From an uncultured Armatimonadia bacterium (lineage in GTDB: Bacteria > Armatimonadota > Zipacnadia > Zipacnadales > UBA11051): a DNA stretch of 64,000 nucleotides. The stretch spans positions 6,155-70,154 of the forward strand of contig CAYMIN010000009.1 in assembly GCA_964390495.1 (NCBI GenBank), given 5' to 3'. How positions within the stretch are numbered: position 1 is the first letter of the stretch; each line of letters starts with the position of its first letter. A model generated the notes under the pieces. That model was not told the origin of the DNA. It searched no databases and saw nothing but the letters and a program-made list of their open reading frames with translations. The translations under genes were made by a program, and so were the position numbers. Below are positions 35,935 to 45,321 of the stretch, one piece after another.

Positions 35935-37944
35935 CTAGAACACGGCATAGTAACGCCTTGAAACGGCACCCTCGATGAACAGGCTGAGCACTGACCAGCC
36001 GATGCCGCCAATGAGGTAGTGGGCGACCACATAGCCGATGAACAGCGGTATCAGCCGGCGGAATAGCCGAATGCCTCCGATCTTCAGGATCGCCCCCTTG
36101 ACGATCCACACACACAAAAAAGCGAACCACAGCGGTGTCGAAGGCCCGTAGGCCAGGGCCACTACGAAGCCAAGCGGATGCAGCGGGAAGCGCAGCCATA
36201 TCATCCTGGCCATCGCTAGTCCTAACGTAATCAAGGCGCCGCTGGCGATTGCGCCGGTGTGCTGCCAGTCGGGACCGGTCGGCGATTCGATCCGCCCCAC
36301 CATCCCCGTGTACGCCCCTACGGTGTCCGCCGTCCGCCAGTCCTGATTATTCGGGTGACTCTCCAGGACATTGAGCCCGTTCGCGTAGAAAGTGGTGAAA
36401 TGGCCCCAGAAGGCCAGTGTCAGGCCGGCTAGGAACGCCACCACCAACAAGGCCGAGAGCGCCCGCCGGTTGAGGCCGCCGGCCTTGCCGATCTGGAAAG
36501 CATCGGTCTGATTCGAGGTCATTATCTGCGTCGGGTGGAAGCGCGACAGAAACGCCAGCATCTCGAATACAACCATAGTGCGTTTCCCGCCCGCTGCCAG
36601 CACCCCTCGCGAGCCGATCGCGTAGAGAATCGTGTATTGCGGTAGCCGGTAGGGATACACGAAGTCATGTGCCACACCGACCTCGGCCCGTACGCGACCG
36701 TAGGTAAGGCCATAAGCCAGCACGATAAGGAAAAACGGCAGCGCGATTTTCAAGCTCATTCCCGAAAGCGTCATCCAGCCCACAACCATAGCGCCGCCGG
36801 CGGCCATGCCGATTATCGCCCAGCGGTAAGGCAGCGGCTCACGGCTGTCATCTATCCCCGGCGCTCGCCCGAAACCCTTGGCGAATACCTCCCGCAGATG
36901 CCCCTTGGCCACCCACAGCACCAGCACCGCCATCATCAGGTAGCCGCCGGCGCTCTGCTCCTGCATGTACGGCCAGCCGGGCGGCTCGTACCCGACTATG
37001 GCCCCGCCGACTGCCGCCAACTTGGCCAGGGCCGTGCAGGCGAAGATGCTGAAACACAGCTCCTGGGAGACCAGATAGCCGAAGCCGAAATACTGCGGAG
37101 TGCTGGACACCACCAGCGGATTCACCGCCGACCAGGGCCGCTCGGTGAAGAATTCGTTGAGGCTCCTGCTCTGCTCGATGGTCGGCACCGCCGGGTTAAC
37201 CGCGTGGGCGATGTTGAGGCCATTGTAGATGACTGCCATCAGTACCCCGACCCACGTCATCGGGTTAGTGAGAAAGTTGGCGAAAGCGCCTCGGGCGCTG
37301 GTGCCCTGCACCATCTCCATCGGCAGTTGCACCAGCGGGTACGGCAAATGCTCGCCGTCCGACCACTGCTTCGACATGATGCTCATCAGCGACATCGTGC
37401 ATACAAATAGCCCCAGGAAAAACAGCGTCCACAGCGCCAGGGGCTTGCCCCACACCGCCCAGGGCAGCCCGGTCTCGCTCAGTCCCTCATACATCTCGGT
37501 GATCCGCTGCAGCGACTGCGGCGCGTACCACGAAGGGATCAGGTGAGTGTATTCGGCCAAGTGGTTCTCCGGGGTCGCGTAGTACTGCATCACTGTCAAG
37601 CGGGGCAAGAACGAGCGGATACCGTAGGTGCCACAGAACGGTATCGCGATGATCATCAGGATATAGACCACCAGCAGCTCGCGCCGGGAAATGTTGAACC
37701 GCCCCAGCAGGCGTTGTCCCAGGGGATAAAGCGCCACCATCAGCGCCAGCACGGTGACGGCCGGTATCGGTGGGATGCCGCTGGCAATGTAGCGGCCGGT
37801 GACCAGCTCGATACGGCTCACCATCAGGTTGAAGATGAATATGAAGACCAGCGCCAGCAGCACGGCTCGCAGGGTGATGCCGCCAAGCTCAGGCTGCGCG
37901 GCGGCTTGCTCTTCGGGACTTGCGCTAGTTTCCTGGGTAGCCAT
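35935..37944 (-). CDS. 669-aa polytopic integral membrane protein of unknown function
   Basis: >14 predicted hydrophobic helices along the length. No recognisable catalytic motif. 25-bp gap to the upstream GHMP kinase gene and 44-bp gap to the downstream sulfatase-like gene. Confidence 0.7.
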   Translation of the reverse strand: MATQETSASPEEQAAAQPELGGITLRAVLLALVFIFIFNLMVSRIELVTGRYIASGIPPIPAVTVLALMVALYPLGQRLLGRFNISRRELLVVYILMIIAIPFCGTYGIRSFLPRLTVMQYYATPENHLAEYTHLIPSWYAPQSLQRITEMYEGLSETGLPWAVWGKPLALWTLFFLGLFVCTMSLMSIMSKQWSDGEHLPYPLVQLPMEMVQGTSARGAFANFLTNPMTWVGVLMAVIYNGLNIAHAVNPAVPTIEQSRSLNEFFTERPWSAVNPLVVSSTPQYFGFGYLVSQELCFSIFACTALAKLAAVGGAIVGYEPPGWPYMQEQSAGGYLMMAVLVLWVAKGHLREVFAKGFGRAPGIDDSREPLPYRWAIIGMAAGGAMVVGWMTLSGMSLKIALPFFLIVLAYGLTYGRVRAEVGVAHDFVYPYRLPQYTILYAIGSRGVLAAGGKRTMVVFEMLAFLSRFHPTQIMTSNQTDAFQIGKAGGLNRRALSALLVVAFLAGLTLAFWGHFTTFYANGLNVLESHPNNQDWRTADTVGAYTGMVGRIESPTGPDWQHTGAIASGALITLGLAMARMIWLRFPLHPLGFVVALAYGPSTPLWFAFLCVWIVKGAILKIGGIRLFRRLIPLFIGYVVAHYLIGGIGWSVLSLFIEGAVSRRYYAVF

Positions 37945-37969
37945 ATCTACCTCGGGCGAAGACGCTCCC

Positions 37970-38989
37970 TTACCAGCACAGAATGCCGTGGATATCTATG
38001 CTGCAGTCGAAGATCCTGGCCTGCGCCTCGCGCAAGGCCTGGCGCACGGCAAATTCGCGGTTGGGTGCCGCGAAGAAGACCATCGTACCGCCACCACCGG
38101 CGCCGCACACGCGACCACCCGTCGCGCCGGCTGCCATCGCGGTCGCGAAAAGCTGCTCCAGACGTTCGTTAGTCACATCGGGGTGCAACTGCTTGTGAAG
38201 CTGCCAGACCTCCGTCAAGATCGGCCCGATGGTATCCACCTTGCGGTCCAGAAGCTCCCGCCGCAACCGCTCGGCAAACTCGCTCATGCCCTGCAGGGCG
38301 CCGACGACCTGCCCAGCCCCGGCCAGTACACCAGCGGCTACCGCATCGAGAATTGACTTGGCGGGCCGCGAGATGCCACTGTAGCATACCACCATGCTCT
38401 TCTCAAGCTGCGCCATGCTTCTGGCGTCCAGCGGGATCAGGTTGATCTCGATGCCGCGCCCGCTGGCGACAGGCCAGTGCTTCATGAACTTCATGCCCCC
38501 GCCAGTCACCGGGCTGTATTGGTCCTGCCAGCCGTAGGTGGTGTCCAGAGCCGCGGTCTCGCAGTCCCGGGCCATCTCCGCCATCTCGTACGCCGACAGC
38601 CCATGACCGGTCAGAGCATCAAGCGCGGCGATGATACAGGTCGCGATTGTCGAGGACGATCCCAGTCCGGCACCGCTGGGCATCTCGGAATAGGTGGTCA
38701 GCTCCATGCCGCAGGGAAGATCAAAGCGCCTGATCAGTTCCTGGGCCAGGCCCAGCTCGCCCTTGGCGTCCAATTCCTCTGGAGACGCCACCTCGACACG
38801 CAAATCGCCATGATCCGGTGCATTGAGGATGATCCGTTCGTCCTGGCGGGGCGCCAGATGGGCGTAGATGTACTTGTTGATGGTGGCGTTGATGATGCTG
38901 CCGCCGAACTGCCGGCAGGCGGGCACGTAATCGGTCATGCCCACCAGGTCCACCCGTAGCGGCGAACGCACTGTAATATCTTCGGCCAT
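37970..38989 (-). CDS. GHMP-family sugar kinase (HddA/fucokinase-like)
   Basis: PLRVDLVGMTDY...GGSIINATINKYIY N-terminus. PSGAGLGSSS ATP-binding motif. C-terminal GAGGGG. Confidence 0.8.
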   Translation of the reverse strand: MAEDITVRSPLRVDLVGMTDYVPACRQFGGSIINATINKYIYAHLAPRQDERIILNAPDHGDLRVEVASPEELDAKGELGLAQELIRRFDLPCGMELTTYSEMPSGAGLGSSSTIATCIIAALDALTGHGLSAYEMAEMARDCETAALDTTYGWQDQYSPVTGGGMKFMKHWPVASGRGIEINLIPLDARSMAQLEKSMVVCYSGISRPAKSILDAVAAGVLAGAGQVVGALQGMSEFAERLRRELLDRKVDTIGPILTEVWQLHKQLHPDVTNERLEQLFATAMAAGATGGRVCGAGGGGTMVFFAAPNREFAVRQALREAQARIFDCSIDIHGILCW

Positions 38990-39010
38990 CCTCAGACCTC
39001 AGCGAAATCG

Positions 39011-39829
39011 CTACTTCTTCGCATCATCAAGATAGCGGCGCAGCACCTCAGCGTTCTGCGGCAGGATCTCCTCCGGCGGGAGCCACCCGATCCACTCGCC
39101 TGACAGCGCGCCCTGGAAGTCAATCGTGCTCAGCAGTTGCACGGCCTCGTCGTGAGGGATGTCGCCCTCGCCAGTCAGGCACAGCTCGACCTTCCCGTTC
39201 TCGTCTATGATGCCGTCATGGATGTGGCAGTGCCGCGCGTGGCCCTTGACATGCTCAAAGGCCTCGGCCATGCTCATGCCGTGAGTCACCGGGTGCATGA
39301 TGTCCCAACACACCTGCACGTGCGGATGGTCGGCCATGTTGATGACCTCCATCAGGTCATTGGCCAGGCAGTAGGCGTCATGGCTTTCCATGCACAGATA
39401 GACTTCGGTGCCTGCAGCGGCCTCGGCAGCGGCCCGCAGTGCTTCGGCCACGTACTTCTTAGCATCGGCGAAGTCCATGCCCTCCGGGGTCCCGCCGCCG
39501 AACACGCGCAGGTGGTGGCAGCCCACATCATCGGCCAACTCAATGAAGCGCCTAGTGATGTCAACGCTCTCCTGCCGCTCTCTGGCCTCGGCCTTCGCGT
39601 AGCTGCGCGAGGTAGCGATGCAGCTCATAGTGATGCCGGTGTCCTCGAACGCCGCCTTGATCGCGGCCCGCTCCTTTTTGGTCGTCTCGAGCTCCACGCC
39701 GTGCTTCTGTTGGTCGGTCTCAGCCCGGGGCTCGACCGCATCGTAGCCGTAGCGAATCGCGGCAGTCAGGACTTCGTTGAGGTCCCAGTCGGGGCATACC
39801 CATGTCATAAAGCTCAGTTGCATGATCAC
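39011..39829 (-). CDS. xylose-isomerase-like TIM-barrel sugar-phosphate isomerase/epimerase
   Basis: AP-endonuclease-2/xylose-isomerase TIM-barrel pattern with conserved His/Glu/Asp metal ligands. Confidence 0.7.
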   Translation of the reverse strand: MIMQLSFMTWVCPDWDLNEVLTAAIRYGYDAVEPRAETDQQKHGVELETTKKERAAIKAAFEDTGITMSCIATSRSYAKAEARERQESVDITRRFIELADDVGCHHLRVFGGGTPEGMDFADAKKYVAEALRAAAEAAAGTEVYLCMESHDAYCLANDLMEVINMADHPHVQVCWDIMHPVTHGMSMAEAFEHVKGHARHCHIHDGIIDENGKVELCLTGEGDIPHDEAVQLLSTIDFQGALSGEWIGWLPPEEILPQNAEVLRRYLDDAKK

Positions 39830-40464
39830 TTCTCACCTTTCTCATGGCTCATTCTCTTGACCAGTACGCACCTACTGTCCGAGTAGTAATACCGCAGCAG
39901 CAGCTCTTCGCCGTGCCCCTCCGCCAGCCCGATGCGACTTGTCACCACCACGGGCCGCTCCGGCCGGCTCCGGTCCGCCGCAACGTACAGCGGGGACCCA
40001 TCGAGCCGCGAGCGGTTGTCATCGCGGTCTATGCCTAGCGCCTGGGTCAGTTTCCCTGGGCCGCTGGCTAAATCCTCCAGCCGCTGGCGATTGCGCCGCT
40101 TTTGCATCAGCTCAATGCCGAGCAGCGGCTCCAGGGCGCGGATCAAAACGGCCCCAGGGAAGTTTATGGCCCCGGCGACCGCATCGAGGCAGCAGCGGGT
40201 GTGGATCGCATATACATAAGCCGTCCCTGGCGCTTCCCACATCACACTGTTGCGCGGGGTCTTGCCACGGGCGGCGTGACAGCCATCATCACCACAAGCC
40301 AAGTACGCTTCCGTCTCCACGATCCGCCCGGCGCAGATACCCTCTTCAGTCTCCTTGACCAGTATCTGCCCCAGCAAGCTGGCGGCGACCAGTTCAGCGG
40401 GCCGCGCATAAAAAGATGCCGGCAGAATCCGCCGGCGGAGCTGCTGAATCTCAGAGTTCCGCAT
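39826..40464 (-). CDS. mpg: DNA-3-methyladenine glycosylase (Mpg/AAG family)
   Basis: ARPAELVAASLLGQILV...RIVETEAY...GPGKL.QALGI motifs. Confidence 0.8.
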   Translation of the reverse strand: MRNSEIQQLRRRILPASFYARPAELVAASLLGQILVKETEEGICAGRIVETEAYLACGDDGCHAARGKTPRNSVMWEAPGTAYVYAIHTRCCLDAVAGAINFPGAVLIRALEPLLGIELMQKRRNRQRLEDLASGPGKLTQALGIDRDDNRSRLDGSPLYVAADRSRPERPVVVTSRIGLAEGHGEELLLRYYYSDSRCVLVKRMSHEKGEK

Positions 40465-40528
40465 CTGATGCTGGTTCTTCGGCGATTAGGCGCTTCCCTG
40501 CCTGAGCCGAGGTCGCTAGAGGGCGACT

Positions 40529-41197
40529 TCAGTCATCAGCCTTGGTCCACAGTGCATCCTTGGCTGTGGCCTCGATCGCGCTCAGCCACTTGGAGTGACC
40601 GTCGCAGTAGCCGTAGTTACCGCCGCCGTTGTGACGCCTGGCCACATTACTCAAGGCCGGGTCGTCGGCGGGGTTGTCGTCGACATCACGCTGGCTAGGG
40701 CCGTAGATGCACATGCCTCCGGCGTCGTGGAAGCCCTGGTCGGGGTCGTCGCCGATAAGTATGGTGCCGGCCGGTATCGGGATCCCACCCAGCTTGCAGC
40801 CCGCGCTGCTGCTGATGCTCCCGCTCGCAGCCCGATAACCGAAATTCTGGTAATTCCACCCGTAGCCGATATGCTGGTTGGGATAACTGGGGCAAACTAT
40901 GATCTGGGTGTTCTTCACATATGGCATCAGGGCCTGGTACCAGTAAATGTTCGTCGGCGTCCCGGCCTCACCCCACGCGGAGGCATAGGGCAGCGTTTCA
41001 TCATAGTCCTGGGCGTACATCATGATGCCCAGCATCAACTGCTTGACGTTTGACAGGCAGCTCGATTGTCGGGCCTTCTCCCGCGCGCGGGCGAAGACCG
41101 GGAACAAAATGGCCGCCAGGATCGCGATAATCGCGATCACCACTAGCAGTTCAATCAGCGTGAAACCTCGCCGGCTCATATCATCACCCCTATCCAT
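40529..41197 (-). CDS. prepilin-type N-terminal cleavage/methylation domain protein with DUF1559 (H-X9-DG) domain
   Basis: [25 protein letters not shown] class-III signal. C-terminal [13 protein letters not shown]. Likely start at the internal Met ([12 protein letters not shown]). Confidence 0.8.
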   Translation of the reverse strand: MDRGDDMSRRGFTLIELLVVIAIIAILAAILFPVFARAREKARQSSCLSNVKQLMLGIMMYAQDYDETLPYASAWGEAGTPTNIYWYQALMPYVKNTQIIVCPSYPNQHIGYGWNYQNFGYRAASGSISSSAGCKLGGIPIPAGTILIGDDPDQGFHDAGGMCIYGPSQRDVDDNPADDPALSNVARRHNGGGNYGYCDGHSKWLSAIEATAKDALWTKADD

Positions 41198-41447
41198 AAT
41201 ACAGCGTTCTATATTTAGTTCGGCGCGGGCAGGCTAGATTCCTGCCGGAAAATGCTTCGCCTTTGAGAGAACTATACCCAAATCGTTGCTTCCCTACACC
41301 CCCGAAAACGCGCGGAACAGGCGACTATCCCAGTTCTTCCCAGGTGCTGCACTTCGAGCCCGAAAGCAGGTCTGGCGCTGCCAAGTGGTGAACTACTGTG
41401 TGTCGGCAAGCTCCTACCAATAGCCGGTTACTCACGGGAGGTCTTCC

Positions 41448-42236
41448 ATGATCAAGTTAGGATTGTCGGGGCGCATCATCGAGGAGAGCGGGCCGAGCTA
41501 TCGGATGCCCGTCAGCGACTTTATTGCCAAAGCTGCTGAGATTGGCTATCGCGGTGTCGAGTTGCGCTCCGGCCAGCTAGACCACGAGACTAGCGACGAA
41601 CAGGTCGCGGAAATAGCTCAGGCGCTCACCACCAACAATGTCGCCTGTGCCTTTGCCAATTGTCTGGTTGCGCAGACGCCCGAGAATACGCAGAATCTCC
41701 GCCGCATGGCCGAGGTGGCCCGCTCGCTGGCCGCACCCTATCTGCGCATGGGCGCCGGCGATATCGAATGGGTACAGCAGGCCTGCGACATCAGCGTTGA
41801 GTTCGAGGTAAGCATCATCGTCCAGATTCACACCAATACGCCACTGGAGACCGTGGAGGGGGCGCTGCGGGTCTGCGAGCAGGTTGACCGGCCCAACTTC
41901 GGCCTTACCTACGAGCCGGCCAACTTCGTGCTGGCAGGCCGTGACTACGGCCAGCAAGCCCTTGAGCAGCTCGGCGACAAGCTCTTCAACGTTTCGCTGC
42001 AGAACCTCAAGCCGGTTGATACCACCGAGGGCGAGGGCGTCATCGCGCATCAGCAGCGCGGCTTCGTGCGTTGCCGTCCCGACGATCCCGAGGGCGTCAA
42101 TTTCGACAAGGTCTTCGGAGCGCTGAAGGCGGTCGGCTATAACGGCTACGCCACGCTGATTGAGCCGATATCACCGGTGATGGACAACCTGGAGATGGCC
42201 GCAGCTTACTACGACAAACTCAACCCGCTGTGCTGA
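41448..42236 (+). CDS. xylose-isomerase-like TIM-barrel protein (second, divergent paralog)
   Basis: TIM-barrel sugar-phosphate isomerase/epimerase pattern. GGGAGG RBS. Confidence 0.65.
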   Translation: MIKLGLSGRIIEESGPSYRMPVSDFIAKAAEIGYRGVELRSGQLDHETSDEQVAEIAQALTTNNVACAFANCLVAQTPENTQNLRRMAEVARSLAAPYLRMGAGDIEWVQQACDISVEFEVSIIVQIHTNTPLETVEGALRVCEQVDRPNFGLTYEPANFVLAGRDYGQQALEQLGDKLFNVSLQNLKPVDTTEGEGVIAHQQRGFVRCRPDDPEGVNFDKVFGALKAVGYNGYATLIEPISPVMDNLEMAAAYYDKLNPLC

Positions 42237-42263
42237 GGTCCGACGATTCCAGGAGATAGTGAC

Positions 42264-42749
42264 ATGCGAGGCCGTCTGGCTGAGGACATACTGGCGCTGC
42301 TGGTGGCTGTCGTGGTCTGCCAACTGGCCGGCGCGGTCGGTGCCCTGTTCACCGCTCCCGCGATACCAGGCTGGTACAGCCAACTTGCCAAGCCGCCGTT
42401 TAATCCCCCATCGTGGGTATTTGCGCCCGTCTGGATGTTGCTGTATCTGCTGATGGGCGTTTCAGCGTTCTTGGTGTGGCGCAAGGTCCGCGCCGTGCCC
42501 GGTGCCAAACTCGCGCTGGCTGTGTTTAGCGTCCAACTGCTGCTCAACGCGGCCTGGTCGCCGGTGTTTTTCGGTCTGCAATCACTCCTGGGCGGGCTCT
42601 GTGTCATCATTCCCCTGTGGATCGCGATCGTGGCGACAATAGCGTTGTTCTGGCGCATTTCCGCGGCGGCGGGTGCATTGCTGGTGCCTTACCTCCTGTG
42701 GGTGAGCTTCGCCGCGGTACTGAACTACTCGATATACACGCTTAACTGA
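42264..42749 (+). CDS. tspO: TspO/MBR tryptophan-rich sensory protein
   Basis: Five TM helices. Trp-rich motifs PPSWVFAPVW and NAAWSPVFFG. Confidence 0.85.
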   Translation: MRGRLAEDILALLVAVVVCQLAGAVGALFTAPAIPGWYSQLAKPPFNPPSWVFAPVWMLLYLLMGVSAFLVWRKVRAVPGAKLALAVFSVQLLLNAAWSPVFFGLQSLLGGLCVIIPLWIAIVATIALFWRISAAAGALLVPYLLWVSFAAVLNYSIYTLN

Positions 42750-42925
42750 TAAGCGCAACGCCGGTAGGCACCTTCGTACTGGCGGAGGCGTTCAGCTTCG
42801 ACGGTTTATTTCCCCACGCAGGAGGAATCCCTGTCTTGGTATCGAAGCTAGCCTAAGCACGCGGCCAGTCACAGTGGCCCGTGCTCAGTACCCAAACGTG
42901 TCGCTTTATTCGTAGGAGGTCGCAA

Positions 42926-43954
42926 ATGGAATACCGACAGCTTGGTCGTACCGGTACGCGCGTCTCAAAGCTGTGTCTGGGCACGATGAACTTCGTCGGC
43001 AGCACGGACCTCGATGAGGCCAAGCGCATTGTTGATGAGGCAATTGACGGAGGTATCAATTTCATAGACACCGCCGACTGCTACGCCCGTGGCGGCTCCG
43101 AGGAGTATCTGGGCATGGCCCTGCAGGAGAACGGGCACCGCGACGATGTGGTGGTGGCAACCAAAGCCGTGGCGAACATGGGTGACGGACCCAACGACCA
43201 CGGAGCCAGCCGCTACCATCTCACCCGTGCCGTCGAGGCCAGCCTCAAGCGTCTGCAGACCGACCGCATTGACCTGTTCTACCTCCACATCACCGACATC
43301 TCCACTCCCATTGACGAGATCCTCGATACCCTCGATGTCCTGGTGCGGCAGGGCAAGATTCTCTACATCGGCACCTCGAAGTGGCCGGTGCCGCTGATCA
43401 TGGAGCTGCTGGCGCTGAGCGACAAGCACGGTCTGCCGCGCACCGTCGCCGAGCAGCCCCCCTACAACCTCACCGACCGGCGCATCGAGATGGAGCTGGT
43501 GTGGACCTGCCTGCGCCACGGCATCGGCATCGTGCCCTTCGGGCCGTTGGCAGGCGGCATTCTCAGCGGCGTATATCGCAAAGGTCAGCCGGCTCCCGCA
43601 GGCCATAAGTTCAAGGAAATCGGCCAGCGCGACGGTCACAACCGCTACACCGAAGCGACTATGGACCTAGTCGAGAAGCTGATGCCGCTGGCTGAGGCGC
43701 GGGGCGTGACGCTGGCCGAGTTCTCCACCGCCTGGCTGATGCAGCGGCCGGGGATCACCGCACCGATAGCCGGGCCGCGTACGGTCGAGCACCTGCGCTC
43801 TTCGCTCAAGGCGTGCGAGATCGAGCTGACGCAGGAGGAGTTGGATAAGGTGGATGAGGCCATCCCGCCGGGCACCAATCTGACCAACTACTGCACGCTG
43901 TATGAGCGGATGTGCCGCGCCGTCAACAAGCCCGAGCCGCTGGGGGCGTTCTAA
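42926..43954 (+). CDS. aldo/keto reductase (AKR11/YhdN-like), paralog 1 of 3
   Basis: MEYRQLGRTGTRVS..LCLG, INFIDTADCY, and a C-terminal NADP-binding region. AGGAGG RBS. Confidence 0.85.
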   Translation: MEYRQLGRTGTRVSKLCLGTMNFVGSTDLDEAKRIVDEAIDGGINFIDTADCYARGGSEEYLGMALQENGHRDDVVVATKAVANMGDGPNDHGASRYHLTRAVEASLKRLQTDRIDLFYLHITDISTPIDEILDTLDVLVRQGKILYIGTSKWPVPLIMELLALSDKHGLPRTVAEQPPYNLTDRRIEMELVWTCLRHGIGIVPFGPLAGGILSGVYRKGQPAPAGHKFKEIGQRDGHNRYTEATMDLVEKLMPLAEARGVTLAEFSTAWLMQRPGITAPIAGPRTVEHLRSSLKACEIELTQEELDKVDEAIPPGTNLTNYCTLYERMCRAVNKPEPLGAF

Positions 43955-43973
43955 GCCCGAAGTACCCACCAGC

Positions 43974-44077
43974 GCGTAGCTCGGCCTGCCCCGAGCCTGT
44001 CGAAGGGCAGGTGAGAATGCGTCAGCATTCTCAGCTTCCAGCCCGAGGCCGTTGGGGTGACCACAGTGCGCCGTTTT
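43974..44077. repeat. second long copy of the intergenic repeat element
   Basis: Aligns to 13660-13766. Hairpins cctgccc..gggcagg (perfect) and gagaatgc-gtca-gcattctc, with compensatory substitutions relative to copy 1. Confidence 0.7.
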
Positions 44078-44181
44078 GCTCGCGTTCGCAAAAGCCCACG
44101 GCATCACTGTCAGCATGTTAGCAGAATCTACCTAGCTTCAGTCGGAAACCTGACCGACGCGACAAGAATAAGGAGGCAGTC

Positions 44182-45207
44182 ATGGAGTACCGACAACTGG
44201 GCCGCACCGGAACCAGAGTCTCAGAGCTCTGTCTCGGCTTGATGATTGACAGTCTGACCGATGAACAGACCTTTATAGACATCGTCAATGAGGCGATTGA
44301 TCTGGGCATCAACTTCCTTGACACCGCCGACTGCTACGGCACCGGCGAATCGGAGCGGCGCTTGGGCAAGGCGCTGGCGCAAAACGGCAAGCGCGATGAC
44401 ATCGTGCTGGCGACCAAAGCCGTCGCGGGCATGGGCCCCGGGCCTAACGACCACGGCGCCAGCCGCTATCACCTCTCCCGCGCAGTCGAGGCCAGCCTCA
44501 AGCGCCTGCAGACCGACCGCATTGACCTGTTCTATCTCCACATCGTGGACATCACCACCCCGCTGGACGAGATCTTCGGCCAGCTCGACATTCTGGTCAA
44601 GCAGGGCAAGATCCTCTATGTCGGCACCTCCAAGTGGCCGGTACCGCTGATCATGGAGGGCCTGATGATGCACGAGAAATACGGCTATCCGCGTATCGTT
44701 GCTGAGGAGCCACCTTACAGCCTCTGCGACCGCGGTATCGAGAACGAACTGGTGTGGACCTGCCTGCGCCACGGCATCGGTCTGTGTACGTGGGGACCAC
44801 TGGCCAGCGGCATCCTCGGCGGCGCCTATCGCAAGGGCCAGCCCTTCCCGGAGGGGCATCGCAAGTCAACGGTGGACCCTTCCGAAGACAAGCGCTTGAC
44901 CGAGGGTGCTCTCGACCTGATCGAGAACCTGATCCCGCTGGCCGAGGCCAGAGGCATAACGCTGCCCGACTTGTGTCACGCCTGGCTGCTGCAGCGGCCC
45001 GGCATCACCGCCCCCATCATCGGCGCGCGCAAGGTCGAGTATCTCCAGGCCGCGGTCAAGGCCACCGAGATCGAGCTAACCCAGGAAGAACTCGACAAAA
45101 TTGATGAATTCGCGCCGCCGGGCAGCGCAGTCAGCAACTACTACGACGGCAATGTCTATGCCCGCATGCGCAATGCCATCAACACCGACAACCCGCTGGG
45201 CTACTGA
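44182..45207 (+). CDS. aldo/keto reductase, paralog 2 of 3
   Basis: ~70-75% identical to the flanking AKRs by eye. AAGGAGG RBS. Confidence 0.85.
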   Translation: MEYRQLGRTGTRVSELCLGLMIDSLTDEQTFIDIVNEAIDLGINFLDTADCYGTGESERRLGKALAQNGKRDDIVLATKAVAGMGPGPNDHGASRYHLSRAVEASLKRLQTDRIDLFYLHIVDITTPLDEIFGQLDILVKQGKILYVGTSKWPVPLIMEGLMMHEKYGYPRIVAEEPPYSLCDRGIENELVWTCLRHGIGLCTWGPLASGILGGAYRKGQPFPEGHRKSTVDPSEDKRLTEGALDLIENLIPLAEARGITLPDLCHAWLLQRPGITAPIIGARKVEYLQAAVKATEIELTQEELDKIDEFAPPGSAVSNYYDGNVYARMRNAINTDNPLGY

Positions 45208-45224
45208 GGCCGGCGCACAGCCAC

Positions 45225-45262
45225 TGTCGCGTAGGTCGGGCTTCCAGCCCGACAATGCCGTA
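45225..45262. repeat. short variant of the same repeat family (gcgtaggtcgggcTTCCAgcccgac...)
   Basis: Shares the 5' gcgtag.tcgg and 3' cttccagcccga / caatgccgtaatg blocks with the long copies, but lacks the central ~50 nt. 7-bp stem gtcgggc/gcccgac around the TTCCA loop. Confidence 0.55.
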
Positions 45263-45321
45263 ATGCCAACTCGCTGCACGGACAGACAACCATCAACTCT
45301 CAGCTAGCCAGGAGGAACACC

